Positions 1 through 6,893 of a stretch of 64,000 nt of DNA are shown here, one piece after another. Below the pieces are notes generated by a model. That model was not told the DNA's origin, did no database searches, and saw only the letters and a program-made list of their open reading frames with translations. This DNA comes from Lewinellaceae bacterium (lineage in GTDB: Bacteria; Bacteroidota; Bacteroidia; Chitinophagales; Saprospiraceae). Position 1 is the first letter of the stretch. Each line of letters starts with the position of its first letter. The stretch is from assembly GCA_040383605.1 (NCBI GenBank), contig JBEIDF010000002.1:6769-70768 (forward strand), read 5' to 3'. A program made the position numbers and the translations under genes.

Positions 1-273
1 TTCGCGAAGTTGTCGTCTATGCACTTCTACTCTTGGCAAAAAGGCCTCAAAACTGGTATGTACTATCTCCGCAGCAAGGCCGCCACGGATCCGATTAAGT
101 TCACGCTCAGCCAAAAACACCAACAGAAATTTGTTTCCAATAAGGTAACGACGGACGCCCGGGTGAGCGCAACGCAAAACGAAGCGCCCAAAATGGAGGC
201 GCTCGACGCCGCGCAATACCAGGGAAAGGTGTGCAGCCTGGATGATCCCACCTGCGAAGCCTGCTCTGCTTAA
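1..273 (+). CDS. nrdA: Ribonucleoside-diphosphate reductase alpha subunit, C-terminal fragment (5' end lies outside the window)
   Basis: The translation [18 protein letters not shown]...[13 protein letters not shown] matches the conserved class I RNR large-subunit C-terminus, including the terminal Cys pair. The frame is open to the window edge. Confidence 0.8.
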   Translation, partial: FAKLSSMHFYSWQKGLKTGMYYLRSKAATDPIKFTLSQKHQQKFVSNKVTTDARVSATQNEAPKMEALDAAQYQGKVCSLDDPTCEACSA

Positions 274-325
274 AAACGAGCAAAATTAGAGATGGTCTCA
301 CAAGGATTGAACGGAATCAAGTAAT

Positions 326-414
326 AAAATAAAATTTTGATCGAGTATAGTGTCGGCGTGACTCAAAGTCACACCGACACTTATTCGGCTGATTTTCAAA
401 ATTATATTCTAAAG
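326..414 (+). repeat. Copy 1 of a ~90-bp dispersed repeat with a central 14-bp-stem hairpin (349-381, loop TCAAA)
   Basis: It aligns by eye over ~90 nt with the reverse complement of 26288-26377. The hairpin is AGTGTCGGCGTGAC-TCAAA-GTCACACCGACACT. Confidence 0.85.
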
Positions 415-575
415 TAACTGGTTAGCAGGATCGCTGTCTGGCCCAAAAAGTCCCATTTCCCGCCATACTTTGCGATTTTTTGCAGGCCATAGCAGCGCTA
501 TGGTCAAAAAAAATCGCAAAGTATGGCGGGAAATGGATCCTTTTTTGGCTCAGACGCGACCTGCCAACCAGTTAC
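414..575. repeat. Imperfect palindrome of ~160 bp (long hairpin or MITE-like element)
   Basis: The left arm gtaactggttagcagg...ttttttgcaggccatagc is mirrored by gctatggtcaaaaaaaa...cctgccaaccagttac. It lies between the convergent nrdA and response-regulator 3' ends. Confidence 0.8.
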
Positions 576-620
576 ATTCTAAAAATATTGTGGTGCTGTA
601 ACGGGTGAGACTGCCCCCAA

Positions 621-1361
621 CTACTCCGCACGCAAAATGGCAAAAGCCTGGAAGGCTTCCTCAAAAGCGCCCATTTTATTGATGGAAATGGGCACCTTTT
701 TTTTGTGCGGAAGCGAAATTTCGCCATTCCGACCGGTCTGCTTGTAGGTCTCAATGTGCGCCATGTTCACAATATAACTGTGGTGCGGACGAAAAAAGGA
801 GGGGTCGGATAAATCCTCCTCCACGTTTCCCAAATGCCGGGAATATACAATCTTCTGAACGCCCTTGTCCTTGAGATACACGATCTCTGTCGTGTTGCCG
901 CCGGCCTTACAGTACAGGATGTCCGCAAACCGAACAACCACGTTTCCGCGCCGCTGATCCGGGATGATCAGTCTGCGCGGATTAGGCTGCCGGCTCAATT
1001 TGCTGCGGACGTTCTCCATGGTCAACTGTAGATCGGACAATCGGATGGGTTTTACAATGTAACCCCAGGCCTGTACCTCTTGTATGGCCTGTATGGCGTA
1101 AGAAGGGTAGGCCGTGGAAAAAACGACGCCCCAGTCTCGCTCGGGTATCTTCTTAAGCAAATCAAAACCGCTGCCCCAGGGCGGCATCAGGATGTCCAGA
1201 AAAACCACGTCGGGGTCGGTCTGTTCTAACAGGCTGATTGCCTGGGCAAACGAAACTGCCTGTCCAACAATGGCAACATCCTCAAAATATTCGTTCAGCA
1301 TACCCCGCAGGATGTGGATGGCGCTGACTTCGTCGTCTATAATAAATGCCCGGATTTTCAT
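621..1361 (-). CDS. LytR/AlgR-family response regulator (receiver + LytTR DNA-binding domain)
   Basis: The N-terminus has the receiver motifs KIRAFIIDDE and VVFLDILMP. The C-terminus has the LytTR-like RPHHSYIVNMAHIETY. Its start lies 2 nt after the upstream kinase stop, which indicates an operon. Confidence 0.9.
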   Translation of the reverse strand: MKIRAFIIDDEVSAIHILRGMLNEYFEDVAIVGQAVSFAQAISLLEQTDPDVVFLDILMPPWGSGFDLLKKIPERDWGVVFSTAYPSYAIQAIQEVQAWGYIVKPIRLSDLQLTMENVRSKLSRQPNPRRLIIPDQRRGNVVVRFADILYCKAGGNTTEIVYLKDKGVQKIVYSRHLGNVEEDLSDPSFFRPHHSYIVNMAHIETYKQTGRNGEISLPHKKKVPISINKMGAFEEAFQAFAILRAE

Positions 1362-1362
1362 G

Positions 1363-4350
1363 TCAGGTCGTTATTTTTTGTGCCGATTTCCAACCGTCGC
1401 CTGCCGGTAACTGGTATACACGGAAGCTGATTTCCGCACAGGTTCCCCGCCCCTCGCCGAGATCGTGCAGGCGATCGTGCAAATCAAGCGTCAAACCCAG
1501 ATCATACAGCCTGTTGAAGGTCTCAACTTTCCGGCGGAGTAGTTCCAAGCCCTTGGACTTGCGGTCGAGGGGCCTCGGTTGGTTTTGTGCAGCCTGTATG
1601 CCGACGCCGTTGTCGAATATCCAGCAGAACAAACGGTCGGCTTGAAGCGCAAATTCCAGTTGTAAACACGAAGGGCCGTCCGGCGCCAATCCGTGCAGGG
1701 TCGCGTTTTCAAGCAGCGGCTGGAGCAACATACACGGAAAGGGCGTGTTGAGCGGGATCTCCCCCTCGCCGGAAATTGTAAACCGGAATTGATCGCCATA
1801 CCGCAATTCAATCAACTGCAGATATTCGCGGCTGTAGGCAAGCTCCTCTTGAAACGGAATGAAGTGGTGCTCGGAAAAACTCATGGTTTTCCGGAGCAGA
1901 TCGGTCAAAATCCCTACGTACTCACTCGCTTTAGCCGGATTGGGCGGATAGAAAAACTGCTGGATGGCGTTGACGCTGTTGCCCAAAAAGTGCGGATTGA
2001 TTTGTGCCTGAAGCGCTTGCAACTGCATATTGGAGAGGGCGCTGTCCAGGGATTTCATCTTCACATAACTGCGCAGCAAAATCCGGGCAGTGGCGATCAA
2101 GAGTGCAATCAGCAGCAGCCAAAACCAGATTATTTGATACCAATAAGGCTGTACGACGACAGACAGCAAGGCCCGATTCTGGCTGGGAATATTGTCTGCC
2201 GTGAAGGCGCGGACTGAAAACAGGTATACGCCCGGCGCCGGATTGGCGCCCATATTGATGGCGGATTCATACGTGCGCCAGGTCTGATCCGGCTTGTTAT
2301 GCCCAAAGCGCCAGCGAACCAGGTTTTTGAACGTCCACTGATACCAGGGCAGCAGTCCAGGGCGCTCTTCGATCTCGTACTCGATGCCCTTGCCGGTGTA
2401 CTCAAGGGCCGCCAGATGAATCACGATCGTCCCGGTATTGCTCGGCAGCCTGACCTGCAGGTCGTTCGGATATTTGCTGTATAAATCCACGGATTCCATC
2501 TGGCGATCCACCCGGTATTCCAGCCCGGTAAAACAAGTCTCAAACCCCACGCGCTTTTTCAGGCGGTTCAGCGGAATAATACTCAGTCCGTACCGGGTAG
2601 CCGCCCACAGGGTGTCTTTTTCCGCCCAAACAGCGTTGACGTCATTGTCAATTAATCCCTGAAAAATGTTGACCTGGCCTCTTTTCCCGTCCGGACGCAA
2701 CCAGTGCACACCCTCCGGCGTAGCCGACCAGATCGTGCCCCCCTCCTCCAGAAACAAGGATCGGATTTGCGGCGGATTGCGGCGGTTGCTGGCTGGCAGT
2801 GCGCGCACAGAGTCCACACCGCCGTTTCGGATATATGCTTTCAGCAGCCCCGCATCCGAAGTGCCAATAATCAGCGTATTGGGCTTTTGGTACTCCAGGG
2901 CGGTGATCCGGCACTTCAGCAGGGGAAACTGCATGGAAAAATTATGCAAAAACTGATCTTTGCCGGAATAAAGTCCGTCCACCCCGGCCTGCCAAACTAT
3001 ACCTTCGCCGCATTGCGCCAGTGCCGTGGTGCGGCGGCGGACAAGGATATTCGAGGCCAGGCTATTCAAATCCACGCTTTCGAGCGCGGTGGAGGTGCCG
3101 GCGAACAAAGCGCCGCCCTCAATTATACCGGCCTTACCGCTGGGCCGCCCGTTGAGAAAACGGATTCGATCGCGCGCATACAGGAAAAAACCAAAATCGG
3201 ATACAATCAGGCAATGCCCATTGGGCAATCGCTGAATACTGCGCACGCGATTGTAGCCGGTGCCAGGTGTGAGCGGCGTAAGCTGAATGCGGTTGTTAGA
3301 TATGCGCAGGAGGTTGCCCGCTTCGTCGCCCGCAAGCAATGCGCCGTCAGGCAACCGAAGTACGGCCGTGATGTTATTCGACGGCAGGCCCTCTTCCTTC
3401 GTAAAGCGCAGGGAATATTGGGGCGGCAACACAAAAACGCCGTTGCCAGTTGTGCCAAACCAGAGCGCGCCCTGCCGATCTTCAAATACGTTGGTGATTT
3501 TCTCGCCGGGTAAAAAAATCCGCGGGTTGGACAGGCTCCTGTCCGCATTGTCAAAGCACACAGCGCCGATGGTGTTGGTTCCAAGCCAAAATCGGCCACG
3601 CTGATCCACAAAAACATTGCCGGCCTCCATCTGGCGCACATCCACCACCCGGAACCTGTCGCCGTCCCATTCAAATAACCACAACCCCCGGGAAGTGGAA
3701 TACAACACCCGATTTCCGGAAACGGCAATGCCGCGAAGGATAAAAGTAGAGTCAATCAGCGGTAAAAGACTCCGTACCGTATCCAATGTTCCAGCTGTCG
3801 GCTCAAATCGCGCAATATGCGTTCGGCTAAAAGCAAAAAAATCACCGCCGATCTTTCGAATCAGGTTCGTCAGCACTTTCGATTTGAAGGTCCGAACCCG
3901 CCCGGCACGCCAGTTGCACACGGTGTAATCCGTGCCGGTAAACCAAATGCCCGTCAGGGTATCTACAAATAAGGCGTTGATCGCCGAGGAAAACCGGATT
4001 TTTGCCAGATCGGGGTTGTTTTTTTCGGTGCTGAACTGCCCGTTCATGTAGTAGCAGGCGCTCTTTCTGAAACAGGAAATCCACAAACGACCCTCGTGAT
4101 CGGTCTTGAGATTCAAAACCTCCGGATCCGGGATGCCGTCCTGCACCTGAAAATTGCGGAACGCCCGGCCGTCAAAACGCGCCAACCCGTTGTCGGTGCC
4201 CAGCCAAATCATCCCGTTCCGGTCCTGTTCAATGCAGTACACCTGATTGCTGGGCAACCCGTCTGTCAAACCGTAATGCAAAAACTGGGGGGATTGCGCG
4301 CCCAGCATCGCAAAAAATTGACAGCATAAAAGGGTGAAGTAGATCCGCAT
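1363..4350 (-). CDS. Sensor histidine kinase with periplasmic beta-propeller/Y_Y_Y-type repeats and a LytS/YehU-type kinase core
   Basis: It has a signal or anchor sequence. Repeated W(L/F)GT..G(L/V) propeller-like units follow, then a TM segment (YWYQIIWFWLLLIALLIATA). The His_kinase motif QINPHFLGNSVNAIQ and the HATPase motif LLQPLLENATLHGL are present. Confidence 0.85.
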   Translation of the reverse strand: MRIYFTLLCCQFFAMLGAQSPQFLHYGLTDGLPSNQVYCIEQDRNGMIWLGTDNGLARFDGRAFRNFQVQDGIPDPEVLNLKTDHEGRLWISCFRKSACYYMNGQFSTEKNNPDLAKIRFSSAINALFVDTLTGIWFTGTDYTVCNWRAGRVRTFKSKVLTNLIRKIGGDFFAFSRTHIARFEPTAGTLDTVRSLLPLIDSTFILRGIAVSGNRVLYSTSRGLWLFEWDGDRFRVVDVRQMEAGNVFVDQRGRFWLGTNTIGAVCFDNADRSLSNPRIFLPGEKITNVFEDRQGALWFGTTGNGVFVLPPQYSLRFTKEEGLPSNNITAVLRLPDGALLAGDEAGNLLRISNNRIQLTPLTPGTGYNRVRSIQRLPNGHCLIVSDFGFFLYARDRIRFLNGRPSGKAGIIEGGALFAGTSTALESVDLNSLASNILVRRRTTALAQCGEGIVWQAGVDGLYSGKDQFLHNFSMQFPLLKCRITALEYQKPNTLIIGTSDAGLLKAYIRNGGVDSVRALPASNRRNPPQIRSLFLEEGGTIWSATPEGVHWLRPDGKRGQVNIFQGLIDNDVNAVWAEKDTLWAATRYGLSIIPLNRLKKRVGFETCFTGLEYRVDRQMESVDLYSKYPNDLQVRLPSNTGTIVIHLAALEYTGKGIEYEIEERPGLLPWYQWTFKNLVRWRFGHNKPDQTWRTYESAINMGANPAPGVYLFSVRAFTADNIPSQNRALLSVVVQPYWYQIIWFWLLLIALLIATARILLRSYVKMKSLDSALSNMQLQALQAQINPHFLGNSVNAIQQFFYPPNPAKASEYVGILTDLLRKTMSFSEHHFIPFQEELAYSREYLQLIELRYGDQFRFTISGEGEIPLNTPFPCMLLQPLLENATLHGLAPDGPSCLQLEFALQADRLFCWIFDNGVGIQAAQNQPRPLDRKSKGLELLRRKVETFNRLYDLGLTLDLHDRLHDLGEGRGTCAEISFRVYQLPAGDGWKSAQKITT

Positions 4351-4640
4351 AAACTGGTTTTACGCGGAAATATACGCCAAGTATCAAATATGCACGCCTG
4401 TTTTACTCCGAAAATAAGTCCTTAGTTTCCTGGGATAATTGCCAAATAGAATTATTATGCACACTTATTTGTTTATCTGACGCACTTGTTTGTTAAACTG
4501 CCATATTTCCAACCAATGTCCGTTTCTTTGTATAACAAAATATGCGACGCATCCCTGTATCGCGCCAGTCTGTAGCCAATTGGATAGGGAATGTAGCCAA
4601 CCAAACCCGCCTCAATCTGAAATCTCCTTACCGGAAGCTA

Positions 4641-4678
4641 AATCGTCCGCCTTGTAAAGGTCGGACGATTATTTTTTT
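4641..4678. terminator. Stem-loop with a T7 run on the + strand, 14 nt beyond the stop of the minus-strand gene 4692-6872
   Basis: The sequence is aatcgtccgcc-ttgtaaa-ggtcggacgatt followed by atttttttg. The U-tract is strong only in + orientation; the minus orientation has only TTT. Confidence 0.5.
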
Positions 4679-4691
4679 GTAGCAGGACTGC

Positions 4692-6872
4692 TCACGGCTG
4701 CCGTTTCACCACAACGCCTGTGTCCCGCCATTTTCCCGCTTGCACTGAATAATAATATGCTCCCCCGACGCGCATATATGCCGCCGGAACGGCCAGTGTG
4801 TGCCCGCCCGCCGGCAGGAATTCCGCCAGTTCATATTCTAGTACACCCAGGCTGTTGTACAATCGGAGGATTACCTGGCCAGGTTCGTCCAATTGTACCG
4901 GCACGCTGAAACCCGCCGCTGTGGGATTGGGCCGGGCAACGCCGATGGCGAATGCTTCGTTGTTGCCCGATCGGCTATCGTGAAATTCCAGGTAGAGGCC
5001 GACGGCGTTCATCTGATCGTCGCACAACAGGGCGGGTAGTCCGGTTTCAGCCAGTTGAACTACATCGGAGAGGCGGACTTGCAACCGGGCTTTTACGCGG
5101 ATGATCAATAGTTCCGTACCGGACATCCCTTGCACAGAGGCCCACGCTACATTCAGTCGGCCGGGTGCGGGTACGGCCCAGCAGGCCGGTGTCCATTCCG
5201 GTAGCCCGGGGGCGGATACGGATACGATTTCCAGCGCCTCGGGGTCGAATGTGAGGCCGAACTGGAAGCCCAGGCAGCGACCGGTCTGATCAAAACGCAG
5301 CGGCAGTTCGGCTGTTTCGCCGGCTTGCAGTACCCGATCCGGCAACTGCATGCCGCTTACCCGGCGGTCTTCCGGCGCGCTGGTCAGGCCTGGCATGGCA
5401 CTGCAGTCCACGTCGCCGACTTTGATGGCTTTGAAGGCGCCATACAGCACAGAATCCTGTACGTCAGCCTGGTAGATCACCGCCGGAATGGATCCTGCAA
5501 AAGGATTGGCAGGATTAGGGAAAACATAATCCGCATCCACAAAACGCCAGCTGGTATTATTCGGAAATTCCGTGTACACGCCGGTGAGCAGTTTGCGGAT
5601 TTCCACGATATCAAACGTGGTGATGGAGTTCGACCTGTTGATGTCTGCCGCGATGAACGCGTAAGGCGCGGCGAGCGGCTCGATGCCCAGGATATGTTGC
5701 GAAATACGCAGCATATCCATAACGGACACGCCGTTCATTGGGTCGGTATCGGAAACGGGCGCGAGGGTATAGTTGGAACCAAAAGGTAAGATATTGTTAA
5801 AGTAATAACAACCGTCGGCTAAAAAAAGGGAATCGTAAATCGAAAAGGGCGGTATGGCAGGGTTGTCTGGATCAATGTTTACGCCGGCGCCGATGAAGGG
5901 CGCGTCATCGCACCAATGCCGAAGGCATACGGCGACGCTGTGCGGCTGCGGGGCGCAGTTGTTCAAATTGTCCTCAATAACAATCATGGTCTCGCAATAA
6001 TCGTTGTTCCCAAACGCATCCCGCGCCCAAAGCTGCACCGGATGCGCGCCGATTTCATCGCAGGAGAAAAGGATCATCGTAGCCGGGGCGCCGTTGCTGT
6101 CCACCGGAAACGCGCCGGTACTTTCCGCCGATTTCACCAGGCCGAGTTCGATATGCACAACGGTGCTGTGATTATCCTCCGTATATTGCAGGAAATCGCT
6201 TGCCCACAAGGAGATCAGCCCGGTCGGCATAATATTGGCAATCAGGCCGTTCAGGCAGACCACCGTCGGCTTTTTGCAATCTTTGATCTCAAAAACAGCG
6301 GTGCAGGCGCTGCTGTTGCCCAGCCCGTCCGTAACAATCCAGGTGATCTGATGCGCGCCGTACGGCAGCTGCGGATCACTATAAGTACCGGGATCAAGGG
6401 CTGTATTCCAGCGCACCCGCGCGGTTTGGGTGGTGTCGTTTCCGCTGACTTCCAGCGCAAAAGCGTATTGCTGATTGGCGGGTACCGGGCGCTGGTCGAA
6501 GTTGCGCGCCTCCCCGGCGCCGCCGATATTTCCAAAAAACACGATGCCGGCTGCCGGCAGGTCGTCGCTGTCAATCCGGGTTTCTGGCACGCCGTTGCCG
6601 TCCAAATCTAATTCCAATACATACCGGAACTGCAAGGCAGCGCCCGGGCAGGAGTCCGTGGCCGTAAAATTCAGGTTGACGGCGCCGTCGGGCAGGTCCC
6701 GCACACCGGTGATCGGATCGAGCCAGTAGAGCTCGCTCCACAAAGCCGCGTCGTTCGAACTGAGGTCGCAAAACGAAAGGGTATCCGTCGGGCAACTATC
6801 GGTGTACAGGCATTGTGCGTTACCGTATTGGGCGAGGAGTAAAAGAAGGGCGATATAGAGGATCTTGCTCAT
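4692..6872 (-). CDS. Secreted multidomain protein: HYR-like, dockerin-like and cohesin-like modules plus a T9SS type-A C-terminal sorting domain
   Basis: It has a signal peptide (LLLLLAQYGNAQ) and an HYR-like segment (HQITWIVTDGLGNSSACTAVFEIKDCKKPTVVC). A dockerin-like Ca-loop (DINRSNSITTFDIVEIRKLLTG) and a cohesin-like segment (FQFGLTFDPEALEIVSV) follow. The C-terminal domain resembles VILRLYNSLGVLEYE...YYYSVQAG. Confidence 0.75.
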   Translation of the reverse strand: MSKILYIALLLLLAQYGNAQCLYTDSCPTDTLSFCDLSSNDAALWSELYWLDPITGVRDLPDGAVNLNFTATDSCPGAALQFRYVLELDLDGNGVPETRIDSDDLPAAGIVFFGNIGGAGEARNFDQRPVPANQQYAFALEVSGNDTTQTARVRWNTALDPGTYSDPQLPYGAHQITWIVTDGLGNSSACTAVFEIKDCKKPTVVCLNGLIANIMPTGLISLWASDFLQYTEDNHSTVVHIELGLVKSAESTGAFPVDSNGAPATMILFSCDEIGAHPVQLWARDAFGNNDYCETMIVIEDNLNNCAPQPHSVAVCLRHWCDDAPFIGAGVNIDPDNPAIPPFSIYDSLFLADGCYYFNNILPFGSNYTLAPVSDTDPMNGVSVMDMLRISQHILGIEPLAAPYAFIAADINRSNSITTFDIVEIRKLLTGVYTEFPNNTSWRFVDADYVFPNPANPFAGSIPAVIYQADVQDSVLYGAFKAIKVGDVDCSAMPGLTSAPEDRRVSGMQLPDRVLQAGETAELPLRFDQTGRCLGFQFGLTFDPEALEIVSVSAPGLPEWTPACWAVPAPGRLNVAWASVQGMSGTELLIIRVKARLQVRLSDVVQLAETGLPALLCDDQMNAVGLYLEFHDSRSGNNEAFAIGVARPNPTAAGFSVPVQLDEPGQVILRLYNSLGVLEYELAEFLPAGGHTLAVPAAYMRVGGAYYYSVQAGKWRDTGVVVKRQP

Positions 6873-6893
6873 AGGACAAGCGTTGAAGTTGTT

